DNA of 64,000 nt, from contig MU058384.1 of NCBI GenBank assembly GCA_013265495.1, positions 5,762,792-5,826,791 on the forward strand, given 5' to 3'. A program made the position numbers and the translations under genes. This document shows, piece after piece, positions 50,276-63,622 of this stretch. The stretch comes from Vicugna vicugna (taxonomy: Eukaryota). The notes below the pieces were generated by a model. It was not told the DNA's origin. It saw only the letters and a list, made by a program, of their open reading frames with translations, and searched no databases. The stretch's first letter is position 1. Each line of letters begins with the position of its first letter.

Positions 50276-53200
50276 CTGCGTTGATGTTATGATGTACAAA
50301 TCTTTTTCATGTGGGGAAGACGGACCGGCAAGATAATCGCACGTGTAAACACATCCACACCGGCATACACACACATCTTCATTTACTGTCACAAATGGAC
50401 AATCTGTAGCAATCACGCTTTTAAAAATCAGCATTTTAAGTGGGCTTCTTAAAATGATTAGTTACATAATCAATACACATAACTTTCTTTTTAAGTTCCC
50501 AGCATCTGTTTGTAATGAATTGGAGCGTTATTTACAGCCTAAAATCTCTGCTTATTTGCTCTTGCTTTCTTTAAAACTGGCCTTTCGGACTGAGGTTTCC
50601 TACTTTTCCTTCCAGAAGTGAAATGTGGAAAAGTTTTAATTCATTTCAGTTATCTTCGCTAAACCAAACGTTTTGCTTCGCATCCACATTGACAATTTTC
50701 ACAAACACACAGACACTTTTAGTTGCCTTAACCTATTCAGTTAGTTTTCAAAGGAATAGAAACTAATCATAATATGAAATGAAAATAAATACAAATAACA
50801 CCTTCCTTCCCACTGCTTCCCTCTGCTCTGCTCCCCTTAATGTTATAATTCATCCCCAGGCCATGTATTGGAATTTCATGAATAATCCAAAACACTAAAT
50901 GGTACAAAGGGCATTTATCTTGTACCTTGGGATGGGTCTGTATACTTATGTTTACATTGTGGGTTTGTCTGATCTTGAATTGCACCCACAATCTCTCTCA
51001 CAGAGGCACTGAGTGGCACCTCCTCCGGAACTGGGAAGTTCTCTTCCTGGCCTGTTCACTCCCTGTTTAGCCTTGTCTTGCTTCCCTCCTTCTAGTCAAG
51101 AATGAATACCTGGGTCATCTTTTAAGACAGCCCAGCCCTCTCTGCAGCAGAGCTGCCCCTTTCTCTAAGTGTAACGTTTGGTTCCTAAGTCTGAGAGCAG
51201 ACAAATGAAACAGGGGTAAAGAGAAAGAGTGGCGGAGTTCTCTGAATTCTGGCAAGATTGCGCTGGAGGGCGGGTTGAGGTGGTGATATCGACAAAAGGG
51301 TTAACTACATAGAGTCAGTGCTACCGTCACAAAGAAGATGAAAAGAAACTTTGTCCTGGAGGGGACTTCATGATAACAATTAAAAATTGACTATTTAATT
51401 TTGATATGGCTTTGAAAGCACAGCGTACTCTTAATTGGTTAAATTGCACAAGTTCACAGTTATCCCAAAGGAAGGTAAGATATATGTGTGCTTGTAAAGG
51501 TTGAATGTATGCACAAGATTCAATTTAAAGTGCAACAGTTTATGCTGTTGAAAAGAAATGATAAATGAATAAATCCCATAAATTATTTTTTACGTTTAAT
51601 TTTAAATGAACCTTTATTATGTAGGAGAGGAAGCCTAAATCTTTTCCTAAAATCCTAAAGGAATACAGCTTTGATGTGTGCTATATGTAGTTTATATTTA
51701 GATAAATACAAACCTTTAATTATTACTTTCATAAATTTTCCTATATTGTCTTAAACATCTCTTGGTACCCAGAGGCAATTATACAGATATATGTGTATAT
51801 CTCGCTCTATGGTTTTGAAAAGTTAACTTCATCTCTCCTTTTGGGATTATATTTTAGTCTGTTTTACAAAGATGTTGAAGGTTAATGAAATATTTAACAA
51901 CTTCTTTACGTTTTAAACCATAGTTTCAGCCAGGAAATTCTGAATATTTAAACTGTGTTTAATAATTATCATACTATTTCTGCACTTGAAGGTAGCAAGT
52001 TTTTCTATATTCCTAGCTGGGAAAATTAAAGTACAAAGAGGAATGAGTTATGCAACCCAGGACAAGGTAATTAAATCATCTGAGATACTGAAAAATGAAA
52101 CAAAACAAAACAAAAACCCTAAGCTCTCTGATTGCACCCCCTAATGTTACTGTGTGTAATGAAAAGTCTTGCAGGTCTTCCTTGGCCAACCCCTCTAAAA
52201 TGGAAAGAATGCTTTGTTTTAATGACTAGAAGTTAATGAATTTAAATTCATTTTCAAAAAGCTATGACTCAAGGTGAGTGCATTTTTAGTAAATGCGTTC
52301 ATAGACAAGTTATAATTGAGCTGATAGGGTGGGGTTGAGCTCAATTTGAAATCCTAGTACCTGCAGCCAACAACAGATAGGTGAGGTGGAAAACATGGCC
52401 ATCTGGGGCATCTCACACAAGGAGAACAGAAGTCCAGAAGATGTGCGGTTGGCCTAAGCTCACACAGTGGCTGGTGCAAAGTTGACCCTAGCAGCCTCTG
52501 GCCCAGGAGGCCCATGCCTGCTCCTCCATCTCAGGAGCTGGGTCTCCCAGGCTCTTCTAGTTTCATGATTCAAACAACTGGCTGTGGGGAGGGTTTCCTG
52601 AAGCACCCCCATTACCCCACCAGCACTCCTTTTTCCACTCAGATCTGCCCTGAAAAGGTCAGAAACCAAGAACAATATTCACTATATGAGCACAGGTTCT
52701 CTGCACTGGAACCCAGGTCACTAGAACCCATCTGAAAGGGCTGCGCCTTATCCATTCTAAGACCGTTCTAAACTCAAGATGCCACAGTCTGAGATTTAAG
52801 ATGTGCACACTTCCGCTAGCCAGGTGAACATCCTAAGGCAGTTGTTCTCGAACATGTTTGAAGCTGTGAACTCCTTTTCACAAATGGAAGCTGAGGAGGT
52901 GGTCAGTAAGTCAGGTAAACATGGCGCCTCTGTAGTGGAAAGAGTGGAGGTGGGGAAAGAAGGGCCTGGGGTCTGGCTGCTTCCCTGCTCCCTTCCCATT
53001 CCTCTGGCCCCGAGGTCAGGATCCCATTAGCAAACCTCAGTTCCATCACTACTCTGGGTATGCAGGATGTGTTTTTGAGGTTGGGGCATATTTACTGAGC
53101 TCCCACTGTGAGTCTTGGACTCCCAGGCTTAGCCTAAACTGGGCCCCCTTGAATTCAGTCAGCCTGGTCTTCTCCGGCTTCCTCAGGCAGCCCAAGAGGA

Positions 53201-53384
53201 AGACTATTTGTAAGACAGACTGAGGAGACTTTGGGGAACAAAGCTACCACCAGGGAAGAGAAGGTCAGGCCAACTAGCCTGACGTGATAACAGCTTTGGT
53301 TGTGAGACCAACAGACCAGTCACTTTGGGAAGACCCAGACCTTCGCCATTCCCATTTTCCCCGCCTGCCATATATTAAAATGTG

Positions 53385-53460
53385 ACACCTGAAACTAATG
53401 TAATCTTGTAAGTCAACTATACTTCAATAAAATAAAGCAAAGAAAAAAATTTTTAATAAA
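53385..53460 (+). mobile_element. Very short L1 3'-terminal fragment
   Basis: ACACCTGAAACTAATGTAATCTTGTAAGTCAACTATACTTCAATAAAA, the same terminus as the 15845 copy. Confidence 0.75.
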
Positions 53461-55879
53461 ATATATACAGCAAGTATCCAAAACATAGTGACAAAACCCA
53501 TGACAAAAATGACTGTTTTAAAAATATGTATATTTAACATCTTAATGGTGATTACAACAACTAAAACATGTTGTGTGTAGCTTGATATCCCCAGAGAAAT
53601 GACAGGATTTATAAACATGGGAATCGATGAGAGATTCTAGACTCTTGTCTGGAAGTAAGACCAGATTTAAAGACAACCATCTTTCCTTTCTCTTCAATTA
53701 GCTTATCTCTGGGGCTGTATATTCAACCTCGCTTGGAAATTATATCAAAAGTCTAAATTTGAGGCTTTTTGTGCCAGTGGGGCCTGGGCAAACGGCTTCT
53801 CCGGGGTCTAGGAAGGGAGAAGGCGCTAAACCAACATGGTGGGAGCTGTTTCACTGCCAACCCTGGTGGTGTTTGGCTCTGACAGCAGGGCTCTCTTCCT
53901 CACACACATCACCTAGAGGTGACATTTCCACCTAGAGGACATTTCCTCTCACATTACCTGGAGATAGCAGAGGATTGCCACTTGCCACAAACCTCCAGGC
54001 CACTACAGCAGCCACACACACTCACTGGTGGGAGCCTGTGGACGCCGGGCCTGACAGACAAGGCCAGGCCAAGGAGCCGCCAGCAGTGCCTTTGGCCTGG
54101 AGGGCCTGAAACTAACCAGCAAACACGAGCATGCCTGGACAGATTTTACAACCAATATCTGTTTTGATAGATCAGTGCCTCTGCCCAGTTGTTAAATACT
54201 TTAAACACCACCCTTCTCTCTGGTAAGGTTGCCAGCAGAACCTGAGGCAGCTGAGTTCTTAGGAACAAGCCTGGTGGTAGCTGATAAGACCCTACTGTGA
54301 GCCCTCAGGTAAGGTCTTTGTGAATTCCCAAGGGGGTACTTTTTAGTGTCTAACCAGAATACTCTTGAGTCCACCCTGTGGAACTCCAGTTACGTGTATG
54401 TATCAAAGGTGAGTCAGCCAATTTTAAAACACAATTCTTAATCGCCATGGATGTGTAGGATGATGGTTTTCATTCCAGAATAGTGTTCTTGAATCTGGTT
54501 TTGTAGGTAGCATCTTCTCACCAGAAGGAACTGAAGTGCTATGTCACCCCAGGGTTTAAAAAGTTCGAAACGCTCCAAAAGACCCTCCATTAGGGTGGGA
54601 TTGGCTTGGGTTTTTAAGAGCTTGAAGCAACTATTTATTCAGATTGTACGAGCCAGAACTGGTTTCATAAGATTCTAAAAATGAACAGAGTCGGGGCTCC
54701 CTAGTTTAATTTTTTTTCTCATGAACAGCCTTCCCCAAGAGGATCAGTTAGTGAAATAAGGCAGTGAAAGCCATGTAAAAGTACACAAGTCATGGTGGTG
54801 AGAAAGGGGAAAAGCTGGAATGAGCGTCTTCCCAAGGGGCTATTTGACCAAATACCAAGTGAGGATAATTTCCCATCCCACCTTCCTTCAAAAAGTACCC
54901 AATCTCAGTTAAAGACACAGAACCGAAAATCCCTGCAAATATTTCCCAGCTAATATGAGCCTAACATATTACCTTTGTAGTAAATCATAAATTCATACAG
55001 GTTTTTTTCCCCTATTTTATTTTGTTTTGTTTTGGCTCCGTGGCATCACTTTTCTTCCTGTGTCGTGGCCCACGCGTTTACGCAGGTGCCAAATGGCTAT
55101 GCCTCCATGATATATTCATTTTTCTATACAATTTAGGTAGAAGTAATAAGATTAATAATTTATCACATTATTCTCATTTTAGGAGCTTTTATTATTTTTT
55201 GAACAATAACTCACTTTATACCGAAATACCAGGGAGAAAAACACAGTCACTTCTTTGACTTACAGGAGTAAATCCAATGTTACCTAACTTCAAGCTATTA
55301 AATTGTGCTTCCCTTGGAAGTAATCATTTCTCCAAAATATTCACGGTGGAGGTCTGCCTGGCATCGGCAAGTGCTGGGGCTGTTAGTTCCATCGTGTTAT
55401 TTCATCCCAACTGTGTCATTCCTGAATGCACCTGTCTCCACACTTTGTAGAAGCTGGAGTCAGGAGCCATGTGCAATGCTAATTTAAAAATGGCATCTCA
55501 GCCTCAGATGTGCAAGGCTTTTTAAGAAGAAGGGGAAGAAGTTGTAATTAGCATCAGTCTGTATCGTGAGAGAATATCTCCACGCTAATGAGTGTTTCAT
55601 TTCTATTGGGACACAAAACTGTGGAAAGTCCAAGGCAAAAAAATCACAGGAAGGATTTTTCATGATGTAAGCCCTATTATGTAGGTATTGCCGAAAACCA
55701 AGGAATACAAGAATTTATGAAAAGGCCTAGTTGTTATGCTGGAAACAAGGTATCATTTTACTTCCTTTGCTATCAGTAAGAGACTGTTTCAAAGTTTTAC
55801 CTTCATATTATGGAGATTTTACCCCATGGGTTCAGACTAAACAAATCTTTGTTGAATGACTATTGAGGGCAATCCAATG

Positions 55880-56240
55880 AGGTAGTGTTGCCCCCATTTC
55901 ACAGATAAGGAAACTGAGGCTAAGACAGCAACAGCTAATATTTACCAAGCACTTACTAGCATACACCAGCCACTTTTCTATCTCACCTATTCTCATAACA
56001 ACTTTATGAAGTTATGTAATATTATTATCTATATTTTAGGAATGAGGGCCAAGAGAAACAGAAAGATTAAGGGACATGTCAGGGCCTAGCTGGTAATTAA
56101 CTAGGTGCTCTGGTTCCAGACTGTACCTTCAACATTACGCCCAGGCACCTCCAGGAGAGAAGCAAAGTGACTTGCTCCAGGTAGCACAGATAATAGCACA
56201 GACATCGGAACCTCAGTATCCTAGATCCAAGCCAGGGTTT
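55880..56240 (-). mobile_element. Nested MIR fragments
   Basis: CCCCATTTCACAGATAAGGAAACTGAGGC ... AGTGACTTGCTCCAGGTAGCACAG, with a second MIR between. Confidence 0.65.
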
Positions 56241-56769
56241 TGCCGACTTGACAAATAACACCATCCGGTACTGATGCCTCTACTTCCTGCTCTGTCCCGT
56301 GATCTGATCTGTGGATTTGGGTACCCATTATACTCATTTCAGAACTAATTGCATTCTGTTTTAGCTAGTTCCCTAATTTTGCACCTAACGTGTCTCTTCC
56401 TGTAAGATTTTAAGTTCCTGGATAAAATATTTATTCTTGTACCTATCAAAGCTCTGAGCCAACTACAAGTATTTGGAAAGTACTGTGCATCTCCTAAGAG
56501 GTAGGAGCTATGCCTTTTCCTCTGTTCTTCCTTCTGGGATCATGTGCATGTACGTGGCACAAGTCCCGCCATCTTGTGCTGTCACATCCAGATGCAACCT
56601 AGGAAATGCCTCAACACAGTGCTCGGAGTGACCACCATGCTAATTGCATTGTCCATCCAGATGAACCTGTCTGCCATCTGTGTCCAAGACAGTGCTGCCA
56701 CAGAGTGCATGCTTAGTTATTTAATCTGTGAATGAGTAAAGAAGTATTTGTTGAGCTGAACTAAAGAAA

Positions 56770-57410
56770 GCATTTTAATTCAGCAATACTTATTGACTAC
56801 CTACTGTGGGAAAGGCACAGATACATGTGGATAAAAAGTATGGTGGGCTGCCGGATACTTCAGGATTACAAAAAAAAAAAGATGTCTAAGACATTATCTG
56901 GGTCCATAGGTTCTAACCAACTCATCAGAAAGCTAAGAATCTAAATAACAAGACAATCATTTAGCAAATGTTGAGCATCTGCTAGGACTCAAACACGATG
57001 CTAGACCCTGGGTCCAATGGTGAACCAGAGACATCCAAGCAATGGAAAGGATTATTACCAATGGGTGATGAGAGAGAAGAGATCAGGACATCTACAGTGA
57101 AGGAGGTGGCCAGACACGTAACACGATGGTAGTGCACAGGGGGCAGCTCAGCCAGTTTTTGAAGGATCTTGGAAGACAACACGGCTGAACTGAGTCAAGA
57201 AAGTATCACTGAGGCCAATAGCTTTACAGAGAGCATTCTAAGTAGAGAAGATAGCTTGTATACAAGTTTAGAGAGGAAAGAATGGCACATTCAGGGAAGT
57301 ACAAATATTTTTGTATGATGAAACCACAGAGTTCAAAATGGGAGAAAGAAGATTACGAAAGAATCTGAAGATGTAAGATGGAAGGGGCCATGTTATGAAA
57401 CTTTGGTGTC
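56770..57410 (-). mobile_element. L2 fragments
   Basis: TTCAGCAATACTTATTGACTACCTACTGTG and CATTTAGCAAATGTTGAGCATCTGCTAG. Confidence 0.55.
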
Positions 57411-58111
57411 ATAAGTACCACGAGAGGAGGAACTCTAGGAAAAGAGTATATTAGTTTACAGAAATCAAGAAAAGTTTCTGAAAGTGATGGTAGTGGTGAC
57501 AGAACTAGGGGGTCTTGGAAAACCCCACCTGCATGGCTCTTAATCCTCCTGCTCTATGGGGTCACCCCCCTTTTAATATTTAAACAAAAATAGCTCCAGA
57601 CCCCATAAAGTTAAATCCACGTGCCTCCTTGCTCCCCACCCCTCTGCCCATCCTCAAACACACGCAGTACACCTTAGGAGTCTTACGGTTTCTGATTATT
57701 TGCACTAACTTCCTGTTTCCCCTGGATTCTTGCCCATTAGTTTCTGCAGCTGGTCTTTTCTCTTATCCCTGCTCCAATCCATGCGTGGATTTCAGCCCAT
57801 TTTCCTTCACATACTCAAATCCTTCATATACATTCATACAAGTTCTTTGTAGACTCTTACTGATGATTCTGAAGAGGGCTACAGTGCAATTAAATATTAG
57901 GTGGACTCGTTCATAAAATTCTCCTGTCAAATCCACCATAGGGAATTTCTGGTACACTAATTTTTCTAAAATCTACTGGCCTCTTGTCCTATTGTCCCCT
58001 TACACTCGCTCCCCATCACCATCCCTTATAACTTCTCTTGACCTTTTCTTTCATTTCTATTTCTGGGTTCTGTTAGTGATTATTTATTCATTTATTAATT
58101 TAGCTATTCTC

Positions 58112-58236
58112 TTTTTTTTGTAGGGGTGTTAGGTTTGTTTGTTTGTTTGTTTGTTTACTTATACGGAGGTACTGGGGATTGAACCCAGGACCTCGTGCAT
58201 GCTAAGCACATGCTCTACCACTGAGATATACTCTCC
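58112..58236 (-). mobile_element. vic-1-type SINE with internal (GTTT)n expansion
   Basis: GGAGGTACTGGGGATTGAACCCAGGACCTCGTGCATGCTAAGCACATGCTCTACCACTGAG is the reverse complement of the SINE head. Confidence 0.9.
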
Positions 58237-58249
58237 ATTCTTTCTTGAT

Positions 58250-58263
58250 CTCTCTCTCTTTCC

Positions 58264-58302
<39 letters not shown>
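58250..58302. repeat. (CT)n(CA)n compound microsatellite
   Basis: Read directly from the sequence; adjacent to the SINE head. Confidence 0.9.
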
Positions 58303-59833
58303 CCCCCTCAGAATCAGACTTCTCATTTTTTTCACCTTTTCTCCCTGTCTGCTCCCTCTCCCACAGCCCACCTATATGTTTTCGACATGCTCCCAAGGAC
58401 TTCTCCCTTAACCCTGAGATGACCATCTCACGTATTTATTTTTAGTAAATAAAGGGCTCTTCCTAAGAGCTTTGTAAAATCCACAGGCTTTACAATAGTA
58501 TTTGTTTTCTCTCCCCCTTTAATTTCCTTAATTAAAACATTTTAAAGGCGCTAAGGGTGACTCTCAACCTTTTTGGAGTACATGGACTACTTTTTAAACA
58601 GAAAATCAACTTCAAATCCTCACGTAGTCGTCTTTTCAGTTGTATGTTTATTGATTAGAAAATAGAGAGTGACAGAAAGCTATTCTGCATTCACTAGCTC
58701 TTTGAATTAAAAACATTTTTCATCACATCTACATGTGTATGAACTCTTGATGTACAAATAGGTATGTTGCTATTTTTTCCAACATTCAATAATCATTGAT
58801 GGGATGAGGATCCTTTTTAAAGATTTTGTCAGTTTTCAAATGCCCGTTGCTCACCGCAACCCATGCACATCAAGAACCTCCATCCTGGACACATCAGAGG
58901 TCTCTAGGTAAAACTGCTGCTGGTTTATTTTCTAGATCCCCCCACCCCTTAACTGTCTATTGAAAACTACCTTGAATAGATGGAAAGAGATGCAAAATTA
59001 CAGCAGCACTAAAGCCAGGAAAATTCATCAATTAATAAGAACTTAACCCTAAATAAAATACAAATGTGGGCCTCATGAATAAACTAAGGCAGTAATATTT
59101 TAGCTTGCCACAAACTCTCACTGAGCATCCCTAATAAGAGAATTTTCGTCAGTCAAAGGATGACATTTCTGCAGACCCTCTGCCCCCGGAGCTGCTTTTG
59201 CAGAGGGTCAGATGGTTTTGCTCCATAGTCCAATTCTTCCCTCCCTGTCCTGTTACCATTATTTCTCTCTCTACATCTCTTAGAAAAAATGGTTTCCAGG
59301 ATTTCAGCAACTCTGGCCTAGACAGGAGAGACTGGCTCGTTGCATTCTAGAATATGAAATCAGTGTTAAGATGGGACAGAGCCCAGAAGAGCCACTGGAA
59401 TTGTGCATTCTAAAAGTTGTTGTTTTGCAAGTACTGTTTTTGACAAATAAAGAACTACAGACTGCTTTACACAATGCAGGGATGATATCCTTTGTTCACA
59501 GTCAGGGGAGCAAAAAGTGGAAGCATAAAAATTCCTTTCCCAGTTCAGTGGGGCCACACCAGAAAAATAACGTCCAGATAGCAGAAATTTGGCTACCAGA
59601 TGTGCACATCAGTTGCTCCACTGGGACCAACTAAGAGTTTCCAACAGCAACTGGGTGGCTAGAATAAGGTGTGTCAGACACTGAAAACCCAACAGCTGTC
59701 CCAGACCCCTTCTAACTGTTTCCCCTTTTCCCCTGGGGATCTAGAAGAGTCAGATCTTCACTTCTGTCTCTCTTGCAGCCAAGTTTGACTATGGAACTCA
59801 CTGGTCCTGGACAATGAGACTCAGGGTAAGGCT

Positions 59834-60346
59834 TAATAGGGGAGGAAAAAAAGTCTTCCTCCGTCTTTTTAGGGCTTGTGGCTGACTCTGAAAATTCAAC
59901 TGACTAAGACAGACGAACAGAAAGGCATCCATGTTTATTTAATACGTTTTACATGGCATGGAAGCCTTCATAAGGAAATAAAGACCCAAAGAAGTGATTA
60001 AACCTGAGTATTTCTATGCTAGATTCGATGAAGGGTGGACAGTCCTGTAAAATATGAGAGGCCAAGGAGTACGAGGTAAGTGTAGTTAACTAGGGGAAAC
60101 TTAGCAAGGCTGTTTTTCCAAATTCTTCTTGGTGTCCCTTTGTCTTTGGAGATAAGGATGCTCTTCTCCTGGACATAATGGAGAGCACCTCTCATGTGAG
60201 GGTTTTACCACCTGCTTTGGGGGAAAAGGCAGAGAGAAGGCTAGAAGAATCTTCCTGCTTTTGGCATTTTCTCAAATTCCTTAAGCTTAAAATATTCAAT
60301 ATGTCAAATTGTTGTATTTTGGGGTAGCATGTCTTGAACCTACCGT
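59834..60346 (-). mobile_element. MER34-like ERV1 LTR
   Basis: Ends ...AAAATATTCAATATGTCAAA...TATTTTGGGGTAGCATGTCTTGAACC, the antisense of the MER34-type start. Confidence 0.7.
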
Positions 60347-61730
60347 CTTCCAAGGTGCTTCTGAAAAGTTCCCTCCCTGATAAAATCAAAGAGGCATATG
60401 AGGATAAACCCTTACCCTAAGCCTTCTTCCACTGTCTCCTGCTTTTGAATCTGGTTGTGAGAGCATCTAATGCCTGGAGCTATGACAGCCACCTTGCACA
60501 TATGGTGACAAACTGGGGACAAAAGCCAACCCTCTGGGGAGGCAGGAACAGAAGGATGGATAAAAGTGTGAATCCTCTGAGACACCAAACACAACTTGAT
60601 CTTCTCACTAATTAAAGAATAACTGCCCTTGTTTATCAGGTTTTTGGTTTCTTGCAGTCAAAAATATCATAAATAAAAATATATAACTAAAAAAGAAAAC
60701 TGGGGGCCAGGGAAAGAGAGGGCAGCAACCTGGTTATTAGCAAGTACATTGTAAATGCAAAGGCAAAGCATGCATTTTAAGATTTATTTTTACGGGAAAC
60801 AAATACATTTTGGAAAGCATCTGATTTCTGTTCTCTATCATTTTTTTTAAGTGGACTCTGTGAAAATAGAGGTCCAGAACAACATCTGGTGGTAAGAGTA
60901 AACTGAGGTGAAGATGGAGCCAGCTAAGATCGGAGATGCAAGTAGACCTAGTATGAGATGTGTAAGGTTTGAGGAGACTAAAACCGCAAGAGCAGAATTA
61001 TTTTCTGAAATATCCGATGTGGAAGATAAGTAAGAAAGCTATTCTGGGATGCACATAAAAAGGGCAAGAAGACAGAGATGGAAAGGAAATGAATGTGTAT
61101 GTATATATAAAACTAATATATACATAACTATTCCAAAACAAATGAGGAGGGAAACAATCCCAAAATACTAGAGGAAATCTTTTCTGAGTAGAAGAATTCA
61201 ACCAGCAGCAAAACAATGTAGAAGAAACAGATACCCAGACATGTCCTGGTGAAAGTTTCAAATTGAAGAAAAGACAAAAGAGAGGAAGGAAAGAAAGAAA
61301 AGAATGGAAGTTCTACAAGTGATCAGGCAGAAGAGGAGCGTTAACAACAGAGCAAAACTCGGGGAAGTGCTCGTATGCAAATGAAAACAGTGCCCCCTCT
61401 TGTACCTCCCCAGCCAGCAGAATTTGGAGAAGATTCATTTCAAGAAAGCGTGTCTGTGAAAGTGCTACTAAATCAAACCTGGGTTTGGAAAAATGAAAAA
61501 GAAGGCAAAGTTCCTATCTTTTTGTCCTAGAAAGTTCAAACAATAGTAGGTCTAGAGGGAGGCCAAATTTTCTGCCAGTCTGAGTTTCACTGCATGTGAA
61601 AGAGAGGATTGGGGTGCAGGGGAGAGGTGAGGGGAGGGTGGCTAGATAAAGACTAGTGCCCAATATTTACCTCACGGGGAGCACCGTACATGCACCAGGG
61701 GCAGGAGGCAGCAGCATCTGGGACCTGGAA

Positions 61731-61771
61731 ACACCACACCACAACACCACAACACCACAACACCACAACAC
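61731..61771. repeat. (CACCACAA)n octamer repeat
   Basis: ACACCACACCACAACACCACAACACCACAACACCACAACAC. Confidence 0.9.
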
Positions 61772-62378
61772 AGGCATCTCCATACAAGGGAATTTTCTGA
61801 TTAAGCCAGCGCTTTCCTTCTTGTGGCATCCAGTAGCCTCTGCTGATCTCTGGGGCTGGGCCTTGTGTGCACCCCTGATACAGACACTCCTGCTCTCAAG
61901 GGGCTCCCGGTCTAAGGCAGGAGACAGATTAATGCAGGATGTTGCAAGGCCCTGGACGCAAAGGCAGGAGCTAGAAGAGAGATGAATGCTCACCAAAGAA
62001 AGAGTGTCTGGAAGGTTTTGTAGAGGAGGTGATATTTCAGCTGGATCTTCAGAGATGGATGGGTTTCCCTAAGCTGTGAAGGAAAGAGGCCAGACATTCT
62101 GTGAGGGGGAACAGTATGGAGAGAAGCCCAAGTCTGGGAAAGTGCAGGCATTTTTCAGAAACAGCCAGTGGTGCAGACGGGCTGGAGAATTGGCACCTGA
62201 ATTCTGTTGTCCTCAGAAAGGAGACTGTTAAACATGGGGTCTCAGTGACTAAAGAACAAGTCCATGCACAGGGTTGATGTTAAAATATAAATATAGGGGT
62301 GACAATGAAACACTTTAGAGTCCCTGCAATGGTGCTATATTAACTGGCTAATAATAGTGCTGAAAGCTCTGTAGGAAA

Positions 62379-62856
62379 GTTATCAAACCAAACTTGGGTC
62401 TGCTCACCCACAGGCAGTCAAGCCAATCTACCGAGACTGGACTGTGGTGAAGGGAAGTGTAGCGTTCATTGTAAGGCACCAAGCAAGGAGTCCAGGGCAG
62501 CAAGTGCTCAAAACGCCCATACTCCCTGATGGGTTTCAGCAAAAAACCTGTAAAGGCCAGGAGGAAGGGGGTGGGGGTGGTGTGGGTAACAGGGTATGTG
62601 ATCAGCTCATGCACAGTTTTCTGATTAGTTGATATTGAGGTAACAGGGCAGCTAACATTATCAATCCTTAAGTGCCAGGAGGTCTGGGGGCTGTGTGCTC
62701 ATGGTCATCAAGTAGTTAATTTCTTCCATTTGGTGGGGGTTTAACATCTGTAAAACAACTCAGGAAATGTAGGTACTTCAGAGAGGAACTAAAGGAGAGG
62801 ATATGGGGGGAGGGGGTCTGTCCTGGGATGGCCCCATAGTGTCCTGCTCGGTGACA
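62379..62856 (-). mobile_element. Solo ERV1-like LTR
   Basis: GAAA flanks on both sides (62375-62378 / 62857-62860); ends ...CTCGGTGACA. Confidence 0.75.
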
Positions 62857-63126
62857 GAAATGCTAGTAGCATGCTGTTCAGATACTAAGCATTTATGTAA
62901 ACATAAAGTTCCATATGCTAACCCTTAAATAATACTAGTTATTAATCTTTGTTGACAAACTATGGGGAGGAGAGGACTGAGGACCAAGGATTGGTATTTT
63001 GCAGTGCTGTTACCATTCATTCATTTATTCATTCACTCAACAAACATTTACTGAGTAGTGAACTTGTGCCAAATACTAGAGATATGAATACAGATATAAG
63101 GAATGCAGGGTTCTTGCCTTCAAAGT

Positions 63127-63622
63127 TGTTGCTGAAAGGTGACTTCTGTACTCTGCTTACCAAATTGAGACTCGAGTTCAGAGTTTTGGATGAAGTAGAA
63201 AAGGCAGCTTTATTTCTTTGCCAGGCAAAGGAGGTCACAGTGGGCTAATGCCTCTAAGACTGTGAGCCTCCTGGGGAGAGAAGGCAAGGGGTTTAATAGT
63301 AAAAGTTCAAGAGTTCAAGGGGCAGAGCTAGTTTCCACAGAGATTGCATACAGGGTAACAAATTATTGCACAGTTTTTCTTATTTTTGCAGATGCAGTGG
63401 TCCCTTCCCTCTACTGGGTATGAAGTTCACCTCTGGCTTTGGGACCCTCTTTATATTCTTGTACCTAGAACAAAGGATGCATGAGAAGGGGCTCTGTGGA
63501 AAAGAGCTCTAAAGAAAAACTTGTGGAGTTTAAATTCAGGCTGATAATTGATTTTAGCCTTTTAAGCAGGTTGAGGCCTAGGACCATCCTGCTGCAGGCT
63601 TCAGCCTGCAGCTGGAACAACA
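63127..63622 (-). mobile_element. Solo ERV LTR
   Basis: TGTTG...CAACA inverted termini; antisense poly(A) signal TTTATT near 63210. Confidence 0.65.

Larger units (their letters stand above)
49480..50370 (+). promoter_or_regulatory. SLC2A12: CpG-rich promoter/first-exon region of SLC2A12
   Basis: Visibly raised GC and CpG density versus flanks. ATTGG (reverse CCAAT) at 49803-49807, C-tract 49820-49830, CACGTG E-boxes at 50142 and 50340. Boundaries approximate. Confidence 0.8.

Noticed and set aside
49874..50434. Longest ORF (186 aa, minus strand) as an antisense gene
   Set aside because: It runs through GC-rich exon 1, a microsatellite (HTHTHT) and a tandem repeat, with no recognisable domain; stop-poor composition explains the length.
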